A stretch of DNA of 64,000 nt, from the NCBI GenBank assembly GCA_026770705.1, contig JANJGN010000034.1:17484001-17548000 (forward strand), given 5' to 3'. The stretch is from Isurus oxyrinchus. Its lineage: Eukaryota. Positions within the stretch are counted from its first letter, which is position 1. Every line of letters begins with the position of its first letter. The notes beneath the pieces are model-generated. The model searched no databases. It saw only the letters and a list, made by a program, of their open reading frames with translations, and was not told the DNA's origin. This document shows, one piece after another, positions 1 through 12,846 of the stretch. A program made the position numbers and the translations under genes.

Positions 1-277
1 AGAGACAACTTCAGCTACTTTCAAAACAAATACTTGCATTTCTCTGGCGCCTTCACTTTCCCGGGATGTCTAAAGCTTTTTACGGCCAATTAAATACCTT
101 TCCAAAAGTATGTTCGCTGATGTAATGTAGGAAACGTGGCGGCCAATTTGTGCACAGCAAGCTCCCACAAACATCAATGTGATAATGACCCAGGTCATAT
201 GTTTATAGTGATGTTGGTTGAGGGATAAATATTAGCCCCAGAACACCGGAGAGACCTTCCTCCTGCTCTACTTCAAA

Positions 278-1229
278 CCACCTTCACCCAAACCCATCAA
301 AGACGCAAGTTTGTGCATTCCACCTCAGAAACCGTGAAGTCAAACGCCAGCTTAAAGTAACCTGGTGTGGAGCACCACTGATGCATTGTGAGCACCCTAT
401 CTACTTAGGAGTCACCCTTGACAGATGCCTCACCTGCAAGAACCACATCGAAAAGACAAACGCAAAAGTGAGCGCACGAAACAACATCCTCAATAAGCTC
501 ACTAACACAAAATGGGGAGCAAGCTCGAAAACATTGCGAACCAGTGCACTTGCTGTTTGCTATTCCACTGCCGAATACACCTGCCCTGCATGGGAAAGAT
601 CTACTCACGCTAAGAAGATGGATGCCGTTCTGAATACAAGCTGCTGACTTATCACAGGTTGTTTAAAACCAACAAACACCAACAGCCTATATATCCTGGC
701 GGGTATCACCCCCTGATATAAGAAGAATGGTAGCCAGCAAGAAGGAGCGACTCCATCGAACATCAGATGAGAGGCACCCTCTATGTGGTCATACATGTAC
801 ACCCAGCTGCCTAAAGTCAAGGAAGAGCTTCCTGAACAGTGTTGTTCCATTACAAACTACCCCATCTGAAGCCCGCATCGCCTTGTGGAAAGACCGGCTC
901 GCCAGTCTCGAACAAACCCCAGCGATGGAAATTCTACCAGATGAAATCATTCCCCCAGGAGCTAATTGCAACTGGGCAACCTGGAAGTCCCTTAACAGAC
1001 TTAGGACGGGTGTAGGTCATTCAAAGGTGTCACTAAGCAAATGGGGATATACAACCAGCCCGACAACGTGTGAATATGGAACTGAGTCATAGACTTGCAA
1101 CATCTTCTGCAATGCCTATCGCTAGAGGAACCCTGCACTGTTGCAGCTGTTGCTAAATTCAACAACAAGGCACAAAAATGTGTCCAGTTCTGGCTGGGCC
1201 ACGTATAGACTGCCCGTGGACACGATAAG
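278..1229 (+). mobile_element. 5'-truncated Vingi/Ingi-like LINE (RT C-terminus and 3' end)
   Basis: YLGVTLDR..KVSARNNIL.KL..TKWGA...LRTSALA.CYSTAEY.CP.W and W..LNRLRTGVG...KWG...C.(C/Y)G; short AAG tail; TSD acttc(c/a)aa. Confidence 0.8.
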
Positions 1230-1317
1230 ACTTCCAAATAGTGGCCGTGGGATATTTTACATCGACCAAGGGGGCAGATGTGGACCTTGGTTTAAAATTT
1301 CACCTGAAGGCCGGCAT

Positions 1318-2357
1318 CGACCCTCCGACAGTGCAGCACCCCCTCAGTGTCGACCCACCAACAGCGCGGCAGCCCCTCAGTACTGACCCTCCAACAGCGT
1401 AGTGCCCCCTCAGTACTGACCCTCCGACAGCACGGAGACCCCCTCAGTACTGACCCTCCGACAGTGCGGCGCCCCCTCAGTACTGACCCTTCGACAGTGC
1501 GGCGCCCCCTCAGTGTCGACCCTCTGACAGCGCGGAGCCCCCTCAGTACTGACCCTCTGACAGCGCGGAGCCCCTGCAGTACTGACCCTCCGACAATGCG
1601 GACCCCCCCTTAGTATTGACCCTCCGACAGCGCGAAGACCCCTCAGTACTGACCCTCTGACAGCGCGGAGCCCTTCAGTACTGACCGTCCGACAATGCGG
1701 ACCCCCCTTAGTATTGACCATCCGACAGCGCGGAGCCCCCTCAGTACTGACCCTCCAACAGTGCGGAGACCCCTCAGTACTGACCCTCCAACAGTGCGGA
1801 GACCCCTCAGTACTGACCGTCCGACAGTGCGGCGCCCCCTGAGTACTGATCATCCGACAGCGCGGAGACCCCTCAGTACTGACCGTCCGACAGCGCGGAG
1901 CCCCCTCAGTACTGACCGTCCGACAGCGCGGAGCCCCCTCAGTACTGACCCTCCAACAGTGCGGAGACCCCTCAGTACTGACCCCTCCAACAGTGCGGAG
2001 ACCCCTCAGTACTGACCCTCCGACAGTGCGGCGCCCCCTGAGTACTGTCCATCCGACAGTGCGGCGCCCCTGAGTACAGACCCTCCGACCGCGCGGAGCC
2101 CCCTCAGTACTGACCCTCCGACCGCGCGGAGCCCCCTCAGTACTGACCCTCCGATAGCGCGGCACCCTCTCAGTGTCCACCCTCCGACCGCGCGGAGCCC
2201 CCTCAGTGCTGACCCTCCAACAGTGCGGCGCCCCCTCAGTACTGACCCTCCTCTCCGCGCGGAGCCCCCTCAGTACTGACCCTCCGACCGCGCGGAGCCC
2301 CCTCAGTACTGACCCTCCTCTCCGCGCGGAGCCCCCTCAGTACTGACCCTCCGACAA
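1318..2357. repeat. 33-bp GC-rich minisatellite (cagtactgaccctccgacagcgcggagccccct), ~31 copies
   Basis: Direct tandem repeat; translates as STDPPTARRPL-type repeats. Confidence 0.95.
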
Positions 2358-2364
2358 CAGAATG

Positions 2365-2650
2365 TGTTAATAGCAGAACGAGGTTCCACACTCGGTGAAT
2401 GAACAACATGGAAGAAGTGACAGATGGTCCTTTGGGGTGGGGAGAGGGGACATTGGAAGTGAGAATAGCAAGTGGGATAAAAAAGGGGATAAATCAATGA
2501 ATAAATGAATGGCGAAATATTTAGGTAAAACAATAAAAACATTTTAAAAATGGGATTAAAGATGTGGGAGAGGATGGAGGAGAAATTTCATGATCTGCAG
2601 TTGAACTTCATGTTAAATCTGCAAGGCTGTAACGTTTGAGTTGAGCTCCG
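2365..2650 (-). mobile_element. Old Penelope 3' remnant carried in the units (also about 7185-7470, 21595-21875, 56705-56990)
   Basis: Minus strand reads TLQPCRFNMKFN(F/C)RS*, resembling the Penelope ORF end TLQPSGLNIEFNNFRS*. Confidence 0.55.
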
Positions 2651-2819
2651 CCCCGGACATGCTGCTGGAAAGTGGGTCCCGGACCAAATAGACCGCATCT
2701 GAATTGAGAAATGATGTTTATCTGCACATTGATGCATATCTGCGCTCACATTCTGCACAGGGGACGGGGTGTGAGTATTGTTTCTTGGAATCAGAGACCA
2801 AAGGAAATGCAGAACCCGC

Positions 2820-3000
2820 CTCTGACGCAAATATTCTAATGAGAGGATGTGGGAGGCGGGAAAGTCCCTGCTCTGTGTCCAATGAGAGGATGTGGGAGGC
2901 GGGAAAGTCCCTGCTCTGTGTCCAATGAGAGGATGTGGGAGGCGGGAAAGTCCCTGCTCTGTGTCCAATCAGAGGATGAGGGAGGAGGACGAGTGCGGTT
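2820..3000 (+). promoter_or_regulatory. Promoter with 43-bp tandem CCAAT / GC-box / NF-kB modules (kB sites 2858-2868, 2901-2911, 2944-2954)
   Basis: Unit gtCCAATgagaggatgtGGGAGGCGGGAAAGTCCCtgctctgt. GGGAAAGTCCC reverse-complements to GGGACTTTCCC, containing the canonical kB site. TGACGCAA lies at 2823-2830. Confidence 0.7.
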
Positions 3001-3150
3001 TGTGTTTTTCTCAGTCTGGCGGGTCCGTTATCTGCATCGGAGCGGAGTCGGTGAGAGCGAGGAGTCGCCGAGTTAATTTCTATATCACACCCAGAAAATC
3101 AACCGGGATCTCCCCCCACTGGACTCTCCCTGATCCCGGTGTGGACCCGA

Positions 3151-3171
3151 ATGGATGGAAAGGAGCTGCAG
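3151..3171 (+). other. Orphan first coding exon (MDGKELQ|gtaccg)
   Basis: Same sequence as exon 1 of copy B, behind a CCAAT/kB promoter. No exons 2-6 in this unit. Confidence 0.7.
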
Positions 3172-5241
3172 GTACCGGCAGAGCCTCAGAGCCGGGAGTG
3201 GTGGGGGTGGCGGGACCGTGCGTCCGGGTGTCGGGGGGACCGGGAATGGGGGCGGGGGGGGGGGGGGTTTGGATGCGGGTGAAATGTGGGGAAAAAGGAA
3301 ACTGAACTGATCCGCGATCCGGGGAAAACATTAAAAACATGACGGTCAATAAATACTGAGTTTTATAGAAGTTTCTCCCATTCACCAGTTGGGCAGCAGT
3401 AACACTGTGTTGGTCCGCTGTGATATTTCTCTAATATCTGTAAAGACTTGGAGAGACATGAACTGTGTGAGGGCCTGGGTAAGGGGATTCCACTCGCCCC
3501 ACAGGGGAGCTTGTGTCCCTGGGTTACTGGGGTGGAAACACCAGTCAGTGTTTGAGGGTGGGCATGGGCAATGGCAGCAGGAGAGCAGACCAGGGGATCA
3601 CTGTGTTAACACACTGTGGCCTTTGGTATGAATGAACACAGCAAGCTGATTCAGGAGGCCATTCAGAGATGCGGACTCTTCCCCAGCCTGTGAGAAAGAT
3701 ACAGGAACATGGGAATTTATTCCCTCATCAAGGAAGAACAGCAGCTAAAAAGTCCCAGAGATCCAGACTTGTTCCTCAACACCTCAACCTTAGGAAACAA
3801 TTCCCCAAATCCCTTTTAAACAATTTTTGGATTTATATAATTTAAATTGCCCAATATACATTGCACAGAAAACACACTCTTTGAGTGCTAAAGTTTGTCC
3901 TAATGTCTTCAGCAACTCATCTGCCCGGCACCTTCTGGAGCCTCACTCAGTGGATGTAGATGGGCTATTTGGCTATGACAGGCATCACAGTTAAGTTTCT
4001 TACCCAGGAGAGGCTCTGAGATTTCAAAAGGAGCGAATGGAGAGTGATCAGGAGCAGGAAATAAAAGAAATGTACAAAAACATTAAATATTCCACAAGCC
4101 AAATAGATGATAATTTAACAAATACATATCAACAGGGACTATAGGATTTTTCAGTTTAATGTTTCACACTTTCCCCTTGTAAACATGATAACTAACAATT
4201 ACCTGTCAGGCAATGTGGACACACCTTGTATTTTCGAAGATACCTGAGTTTTTAGATTCATAATAGAGACTGCTTCAATTATATATAAAGTATACACAGA
4301 CCCACAGGAGCAGCTGTACAAACCCTACAAACACACACGAGCAGTGTGAGCCTTACACACACACACATAAACGTGAGTAGTGAATGTAATATACAGCAAT
4401 ATTTCTAACTCATTCACACTCACACACCTCACTTGCACATGCACACACACATCGCACTCACACATACACACAGCTTGCTCACACAAACACAGCTCAGCCA
4501 CTTGCAGACTTTCCCTTGGGTGTTAGAACGGAGCATGTAAGCACAGGTTTGGCACAGCTCAGTGCCAGCGAGGTATCCGATCCTTCTGCTAGTCAGGACC
4601 TTTACCATTTGTGCCTTTTGCTAATCTTTGAGTGGTGAGGCTGCTCCTGAGGGAAGCGGGGGCTGGTCAAGAGGCCAGAATCGGAGGAGCATCGATTAGT
4701 TTACATAGATGAGGTTACAGAGAAAGAAGGTTGTAGGGGCTGGAGGAGGTTACAGAGATAGGGAGAGTTGCAGAGGCTGGAGGAGGTTTCTTCCAGCTCC
4801 TACAATCCCCTTATGTCAGTAACTTCCACAAGTCCCTACAACCCTCCCTCTCTCTGTAATCTCCTCCAGCCCGTACAACCTTCTTTCTCTGTAACCTCAT
4901 CTAGCCCCTACAACCCTCCAAAATCTCTGCGCTCCTTTCAGCCCCTTGAGCATCCCCCGTTTCCATTTCTCCACCATTGACGGACGTGGCTTCAGCTGCC
5001 TGGGGCCCTAAGCTCAGGAATTCCCTCCCTAATCCTCAATCACCCTTCCTTTAAGATGCCCCTTAAAAACTTCATTGTTTAACATTTTGGTCCCTACCGT
5101 CTGCTTTGGTGGGGCTGGATCAACTTTTGACTCATTTACAATACCCTGATGTGCATAGGGGCTTTTTTTTTGCAGTATTAATGGCGCTGAAAAATGCCAG
5201 TTGGTTTTTTTTGTTCTTTTTCCTGTATTAAAGGGGTGTAG

Positions 5242-5301
5242 CCATTAGATGGCGCTGCGCATCCAAATTTAAAACCGAGCTACGGTGCCACCAGGTGGGC
5301 A
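5242..5301. promoter_or_regulatory. Pair of CTCF-like motifs, repeated at about 10619-10679, 19540-19600, 25668-25727 and 43202-43261
   Basis: CCATTAGATGGCGC on + and CCACCTGGTGGCA on - (tgccaccaggtgg), both close to the CTCF core consensus and conserved across the unit copies. Not tested for binding. Confidence 0.5.
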
Positions 5302-5592
5302 AACGCCGGTATTGCAGAGACAACCTAAGCAACTTTCAAAACAAATACTTGTATTTCTCTGGCGCCTTCACTTTCCCAGGATGTCTAAAGCTTTTCACGG
5401 CCAATTAAATACCTTTCCAAAAGTATGTTTGCTGTTGTAAGGTAGGAAACGTGGCGGCCAATTTGTGTACAGCAAGCTCCCACAACCATCAATGTGATAA
5501 TGACCCAAGTCATCTGTTTATAGTGATGTTGGTTGAGGGATAAATATTGGCCCCAGAACACTGAAGAGGCCTTCCCCCTGCTCTACTTCCAA

Positions 5593-6536
5593 CCACCTTC
5601 GTGCAAACCCATCAAAGACGCAAGTTTGTGCATTCCACCTCAGAAACCGTGAAGTCAAATGCCAGCTGGTAACATGATGTGGAGCAACACTGATGCATTG
5701 TGAGCACCCTATCTGCTTAGGAGTCACCCTTGACCGTTGCCTCACCTGCAAGAACCACATCGAAAAGACAAAGGCAAAGATGAGTGCACGAAACAACATC
5801 CTCAATACGCTCACTAACACAAAATGGGGAGCAAGCCCGAAAACGTTGCGAACGAGTGCACTTGCTCTTTGCTATTCCACTGCCGAATATGCCTGCCCTG
5901 CATGGGAAAGATCTACTCACACTAAGAAGATGGATACTGTTCTGAATGCAAGCTGCCGACTTATCACAGGTTGTTTAAAACCAACAAACACCAACAACAT
6001 ATATATCCTGGCGGTAATCGCTTCCCCTGATATAAGAAGAACGGTAGCCAGCAAGAAGGAACAACTCCATCAAACATCAAATGAGAGGCACCCGCTACAT
6101 GGTCATACACGTACACCCAGCTGCCTAAAGTCAAGGAAGAGCTTCATGAACCTTACAAACAACCCCATCTGAAGCCTGCTTCACCTTGTGGAAAGACCGG
6201 CTCGTCAGTCTCGAACAATCCCCAGGGATGGAAATTCTACCAGAAGAAATCATTCCCCCAGCAGCTAATTGCAACTGGGCAACCTGGAAGTCCCTTAACA
6301 GACTTAGGACTGGTGTAGATCATTCAAAGGTGTCACTAAGCAAATGGGGATATGCAACCAGCCCGACAACTTGTGAATGTGGAACTGAGGCACAGAATAT
6401 GCAACATCTCCTGCAATGCCTATCGCTAGAGGAACCCTGCCCTGTTGCAGATATTGCCGAATTCAACAACAAGGCACAAAAACATGTCCAGTTCTGGCTG
6501 GGCCATGTATAGACTGTCTGTGGACACGATAAGAAG
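5593..6536 (+). mobile_element. Vingi-like LINE fragment (duplicated copy)
   Basis: 8-bp TSD acttccaa at 5585-5592 and 6537-6544. Confidence 0.8.
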
Positions 6537-6634
6537 ACTTCCAAATAGTGGCCGTGGGATCTTTTACACTTACCAAGGAGGCAGATGTGGACCTTGGTTT
6601 AAAATTTCACCTGAAGGCTGGCATCTCCTTTTCA

Positions 6635-7176
6635 CCGACCCTCCGACAGCGCGGTGCCCACTCAATGTCGAACCTCCGACAGCGCGGCGCTCCCTCAGTG
6701 TCGACCCTCTGACAGCGTGGAGCCCCCTCAGTACTGACCCTCCGACAGCACGGATCCCCCTCAATACTGACCCTCTCACAGTGCGGAGCCCCCTCAATAC
6801 TGACCCTCTGACAGCACGGAGCCCCCTCATACTGACCTTCTCACAGTGCAGAGACCACTCAATACTGACCCTCTGACAGCGCGGAGCCCCCTCAATACTG
6901 ACCCTCTGACAGTGCGGAGCCCCCTCAGTACTGACCCTCCGACAGCGCGGAGCCCCCTCAGTACTGACCCTCCGACAGTGCGGAGACCCCTCAGTACTGA
7001 CCCTCCGACAGCACGGCGCCCCCTCAGTACTGACCCTCCGACCGTGCAGAGACCCCTCAGTCCTGACCCTCCGACAGTGCGCCGCCCTCTCAGTGTCGAC
7101 CCTCCGATAGCGCGGCACCCTCTCAGTGTCCACCCTCCGACAGCGCAGTGCCCCATCAGTACTGACCCTCCGACAA
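6635..7176. repeat. 33-bp minisatellite, ~16 copies
   Basis: Direct tandem repeat. Confidence 0.95.
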
Positions 7177-7639
7177 CAGAATGTGTTAATAGCAGAACGA
7201 GGTTCCACACTCGGTGAAAGAACAACATGGAAGAAGTGACAGATGGTCCTTTGGGGTGGGGAGAGGGGACATTGGAAGTGAGAATAGCAAGTGGGATAAA
7301 AAAAGGGGATAAATCAATGAATAAATGAATGGCGAAATATTTAGGTAAAACAATAAAAACATTTTAAAAATGGGATTAAAGATGTGGGAGAGGCTGGAGG
7401 AGAAATTTCATGATCTGAAGTTGAACTTCATGTTAAATCTGCAAGGCTGTAAAGTTTGAGTTGAGCTCCACCCCGGACATGCAGCTGGATAGTGGGTCCC
7501 GGACCAAATAGACCGCATCTGAATTGAGAAATGATGCTTTTCTGCACATTGATGCTATCTGCGCTCACATTCTGCACAGGGGACGGGTGTGAGTTTTGTT
7601 TCTTGGAATCAGACACCAAAGGAAATGCAGAATGTGCCT

Positions 7640-7730
7640 CTGACGCAAATATTCTAATGAGCGGATATGGCAGGCTGTAGGTCCCGCTCTGTGTCCATTG
7701 AGAGGATGTGGGAGGCGGGACGAGTGCGGT
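7640..7730 (+). promoter_or_regulatory. Degenerate paralogous promoter (no intact kB site, CCAAT mutated to CCATT)
   Basis: Aligns with 2820-3000 but has fewer, mutated modules. Confidence 0.5.
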
Positions 7731-7879
7731 TTGTGTTTCTCTGTCTGGCGGGTCCGTTATCTGCATCGGAGCGGAGTCGGTGAGAGCGAGGAGTCGCCGG
7801 GTGAATTTCTATATCACACCCAGAAAATCAACTGGGATCTCCCCCCACTGGACTCTGCCTGATCCCGGTGTGGACCTGA

Positions 7880-7900
7880 ATGGATGGAAAGCAGCTGCAG
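7880..7900 (+). other. Orphan first coding exon (MDGKQLQ|gtaccg); nearest first exon upstream of copy A
   Basis: Paralog of 31936-31956. Confidence 0.7.
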
Positions 7901-9399
7901 GTACCGGCAGGGCCTCAGAGCCGGGAGTGTGGTGGGGGGGGGGGTGGGGCGGGGGGGACAGTGGGTCCTGGTGTCGCGGGGACCGTGCGTCCTGGTGTCG
8001 GGGGGACCGGGAATGGGGGGGTTTGGATGCGGGTGAAATGTGGGGAAAAAGGAAACTGAACTGATCCGCGATCCGGGGAAAACATTAAAAAATGACGGTC
8101 AATAAATACTGAGTTTTATAAAAGTTTCTCCCATTCACCAGTTGGGGAGCAGTAACACTGTGTTGGTCCGCTGTGATATTTCTCTAATACCTGTAAAGAC
8201 TTGGAGAGACATGAACTGGGTGAGGGCCTGGGTAAGGGGCTTCCACTCGCCCCACTGGGGAGCTCGTGTCCCTGGGTTACTGGGGTGGAAACACCAGTCA
8301 GTGTTTGAGGGTGGGAATGGGCAATGGCAGCAGGAGAGCAGACCAGGGGATCACTGTGTTAACACACTGTGGCCTTTGGTATGAATGAACACAGCAAGCT
8401 GATTCAGGAGGCCATTCAGAGATGGAGACTCTTCCCCAGCCTGGGAGAAAGATACAGGAACATGGGAATATATTCCCATATCAAGGAAGAACAGCAGCTA
8501 AAAAGTCCCGGAGATCCAGACTTGTTCCTCAACACCTCATCCTCAGGAAACAATTCCCCAAATCCCTTTTAAACAATTTTTCTATTTATATAATTTAAAA
8601 TGCGCAATATACATTGCATAGTAAACACACTCTTTGAGTGCTAGAGTTTGTCCTAATGTCTTCAGCAACTCATTTGGCAGGCACCTCATGGAGTCTCACT
8701 CAGTGGATGTAATTCGGCTATTTGGCTATGACAGGCATCACAGTTAAGTTTCTGACCAAAGAGAGGCTCTGAGATTTCAACAGGAGCGAATGGAGAGTGA
8801 TCAGGAGCAGGAAATAAAAGAAATGTACAAAAACGTTAAATATTCCACAAGCCAAATAGATGATAATTTAACAAATACATATGAACAGAGATTCAGGGGT
8901 ATTTCAGTTTAATCTCACACACAATCCCCCTGTAAACATGATAAATAACAATCACATGTCAGTTAATGTGGACATACCTCATATTTTCGACGATACCTGA
9001 GTTTTTAGATTTATAATGGAGACTGCTTCAATTATATATAAAGTATACACAGATCCACAGGAGCAGCAGTGCAACCCCTACAAACACACATGAGCAGTGT
9101 GAGCCTTACACACACTCACACACCTCGCTCACACATGCACACACACACCGCGCTCACACACACACACACCTTGCTCACACAAACACAGGTCAGCCGCTTG
9201 CAGACTTTCCCATGGGTGTTAGAATGGAGCAGTTAAGCACAGGGTTGTCACAGCTCAGTGCCAGTGTGGTAACTGATCCCTCTGCTGGCCAGGACCTTCA
9301 TTATTTGTGCCTTTTGCTGATCTTTGGGCGGTGGGCCTGCCCCTGAGGGAAGCGGGGGATGGTCAAGAGGCCAGAATTGGAGGAGCGTAGAGATCTTGG

Positions 9400-10297
9400 A
9401 GCGTTGTAGAGACTGGAGGAGTTTACAGAGATGGGGAGAGTTGCAGGGGCTGGAGAAGGTTTCTTCCAGACCCTCCAATCCCCTTATGTCTGTAACCTCA
9501 TCCAGCCCGTGAAACCCTCCCTTTGTCAGTAACCTCCTCCAACCCCTACACCACTCCCTATCTCTGTATCCTCCTCCAGCCCCTACACCCCTCCCTATCT
9601 CTGTAACTTCCACCATCCCCTACAACCCTCCCTTTCTCAGTAACCTCCTCCAGCCCCTACATCACTCCCAATCTCAGTAACCTCCTCCAGCCCCTACATC
9701 ACTCCCAATCTCTGTATCCTCCTCCAGCCCCTACACCCCTCCCTTTCTCTGTAACCTCCTCCAGACCCTACAATGCTCCCTATCTCTGCAACCTCCTCCA
9801 GCCCCTACAACCCTCCCTATCTCTGCAACCTCCTCCAGCCCCTACAACCCTCCCTATCTCTGCAACCTCCTCCAGCCCCTACAACCCTCCCTATCTCTGC
9901 AAGCTCCTCCAGCCCCTACAACTCTCCGTATCTCTGCAACCTCCACCAGCCCCTGCAACCCTGCCTATCTCTGCAACCTCCTCTGGCCCCTACAACGCTC
10001 CCTATCTCTGCAACCTCCTCCAGCCCCTACAACACTCCCTATCTCTGCAACCTCCTCCAGCCCCTACAACCCTCTCTATCGCTGCAACCTCCTCTGGCCC
10101 CTACAACGCTCCCTTCTCTGCAACCTCCTCCAGCCCCTACAACCCTCCCTATCACTGTAACCTCCTGCAGCCCCTACAACCCTCCCTGTCTCTGTAACCT
10201 CCTCCAGCCCCTACAACCCTCCCTATCTCTGTAACCACCTCCAGCCCCTACAACTCTCCTTATCTCTCTAAACTCCTCCAGCCCCTACAACACTCCA
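9400..10297. repeat. 37-bp minisatellite, C-rich arm expanded (~21 copies)
   Basis: Unit ctctgtaacctcctccagcccctacaaccctccctat. Confidence 0.95.
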
Positions 10298-10963
10298 AAA
10301 TCTCGGCGCTCCTTTCAGCCCCTTGAGCATCCCCCAATTCCCATCGCTCCAACATTGGCGGCCGTGCCTTCAGCTGCCTGGAGCCCGAAGCTCTGGAATT
10401 CCCTCCCTAATCCTCTATCTCCCTTCGTTTAAGATACCCCTTAAAAACTTCATTGTCTAAGCTTTTGGTCCCTAGCATTTTCTTAGGTGGCGCTGGATCA
10501 AATTTTGACTCATTTACAATACACTGATGTGCATTGGGGCATTTTTTTGCAGTATTAATGGCGCTAATAAATGCAATTTGTTTTTTTTTGTTGTTTTTCC
10601 TGTATTAAAGGGGTTCAGCCATTAGATGGCGCTGCGCATCCAAATTTAAAACCGAGCAGCGGTGCCACCAGGTGGGCAAAGGCCGGTATTGCAGAGACAA
10701 CCTCAGCAACTTTCAAAACAAATACTTGCATTTCTCTGGCGCCTTCACTTTCCCAGGATGTCTAAAGCTTTTCACGGCCAATTAAGTACCTTTCCAAAAG
10801 TATGTTTGCTGTTGTAATGTAGGAAACGTGGCGGCCAATTTGTGCACAGCAAGCTCCCACAAACATCAATGTGATAATGATCATCTGTTTATAGTGATGT
10901 TGGTTGAGGGATAAATATTGGCCCCAGGACACTGAAGAGGCCTTCCCCCTGCTCTACTTCCAA

Positions 10964-11554
10964 CCACCTTCGTGCAAACCCATCAAAGACGCAAGTTTGT
11001 GCATTCCACCTCAGAAACCGTGAAGTCAAATGCCAGCTTAAAGTAACCTGGTGTGGAGCAACACTGATGCATTGTGAGCACCCTATCTACTTAGGAGTCA
11101 CCCTTGACCGATGCCTCACCTGCAAGAACCACATCGAAAAGACAAACGCAAAAGTGAGCACACGAAACAACATCCTGAATAAGCTCACTAACACAAAATG
11201 GGGAGCAAGCCCGAAAACATTGCGAACCAGTGCACTTGCTCTTTGCTATTCCACTGCCGAATACATCTGCCCTGCATGGGAAAGATCTACTCACACTTAG
11301 AAGATGGATGCTGTTCTGAATACAAGCTGCCGACTTATCACAGGTTGTTTAAAACCAACAAACACCAACAGCGTATATATCCTGGCGGTAATCGCTTCCC
11401 CTGATATAAGAAGAACGGTAGCCAGCAAGAAAGAACAACTCCATCAAACATCAAATGAGAGTCAACGCTACATGGTCATACACATAAACCCAGCTGCCTA
11501 AAGTCAAGGAAGAGCTTCATGAACCTTACAAACAACCCCATCTGAAGCCCGCAC
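10964..11554 (+). mobile_element. Vingi-like LINE fragment, 3' half removed by a deletion
   Basis: Homology ends at gaagcccgca, which is joined to Penelope sequence. Confidence 0.8.
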
Positions 11555-11555
11555 C

Positions 11556-12630
11556 AGAAGAGCGGTGAAATATAAGCTGGTTTGTGGGGGAGGGAGGGTG
11601 GAGGCGAGAGCAGTGTGGGGGAGGGGGGTGGTGGTGTTGGTTGTAGGGACAAGCAGGCAGTGATCGGATCAGATAATCAAAAGATGTCACAGGCAAAAGA
11701 AAAAAGAGGTGTTAAAGGTGGTGATATTACCTAAACGAATGTGCTAATTAATAATGGATGGCAGGACACACAAGGTACAGCTCTAGTGGGGTTGGGGTGG
11801 AATAAGACCAACAGGGCATTAAAGGTATAGATTTAAAAATAATGGAAATAGGTGGGAAAAGGAAAATCTATATAAATTATTGGAAAAAACAGAAAGGGGG
11901 TGGGGATGGAGAAGGAGATCAAGATCTAAAGTTGTTGAATTCAATATTCAGTCCGGAAGGCTGTAAAGTGCCTAGTCGGAAGATGAGGTGTTTTTCCTCC
12001 AGACTGCATTGAGTTTCACTGGAACAATGCAGCAGGTCAAGGACAGACATGTGGGCAAGAGAGCAGGGTGGAGTGTTAAAAAGGCAAGCGACAGGGAGGT
12101 TTGGGTCATTCTTGTGGACAGACTGCAGGTGTTCTGCAAAGCAGTCACCCAGTTTGCGTCTGTCTCTCCGATGTAGAGGAGACCGCATTGGGAGCAACGA
12201 ATGCAGTAGACTAAGTTGGGGGAAATGCAAGTAAAAGGCTGTTTCATGTGAAAGGAGTATTTGGGTCCTTGGACGGTGAGGAGAGAGGAAGTGAAGGGGC
12301 AGGTGGTGCATCTTTTGCGTGGGCATGGGGAGGTGCCATAGGTTGGGGTTGAGGAGCAGGGAGTGATGGAGGAGTGGACCAGGGTGTCCCGGAGGGAACG
12401 ATCCCTACGGAATGCCGCCAGTGGGGTGAAGGGAAGATGTGTTTGGTGATGGCATCATGCTGGAGTTGGCGGAAATGGCGGAGGATGATCCTTTGAAAGC
12501 GGAGACTGGTGGGGTGATAAGTGAGGACAAGGGGGACCCTATCATGTTTCTGGGAGGGAGGAGAAGGCGTGAAGGCGGATGCGCAGGAGATGGGCTGGAC
12601 ACAGCTGAGGGCCCTGTCAACGACCGTGAG
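11556..12630 (-). mobile_element. Duplicated copy of the intron-1 Penelope fragment (copy A)
   Basis: Aligns with about 32205-33290; frameshifted GIY-YIG. Confidence 0.88.
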
Positions 12631-12846
12631 TGACCTGTTGAACTTGGATTCAGCCTCAGTGCGCATGCTCCTCTCCGGGGCCCGGCCCCTTTCTCCAGCT
12701 CCCGGGCGCATGCGTGGCATCAGTCAATCTTCACCCGTGGGCAGGCCATAAACCCGCGCATGCGCCTACCCCGGCCCAGTCCCATCATCAACCTGATCAG
12801 GAAGTGAACCTGTTGTAAAGGGGGTAACTGTGTTTTCTTGTTGCAG

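Noticed and set aside
1318-2357. CRISPR-like array of 33-bp palindromic repeats
   Set aside because: Units are head-to-tail with no unique spacers, there are no cas genes, and the sequence is vertebrate; it is a SINE-derived minisatellite.
3400-3622. CACTGTG heptamers (about 3403, 3599, 3613) as recombination signal sequences
   Set aside because: No GGTTTTTGT-like nonamer was seen at 12- or 22/23-bp spacing.
3389-3631. 80-aa ORF conserved in several units
   Set aside because: Non-ATG start, no recognisable domain, and conservation is explained by recent segmental duplication.
9773-10234. 153-aa Pro/Leu/Ser-rich ORF
   Set aside because: Read-through of the 37-bp L2-derived minisatellite.
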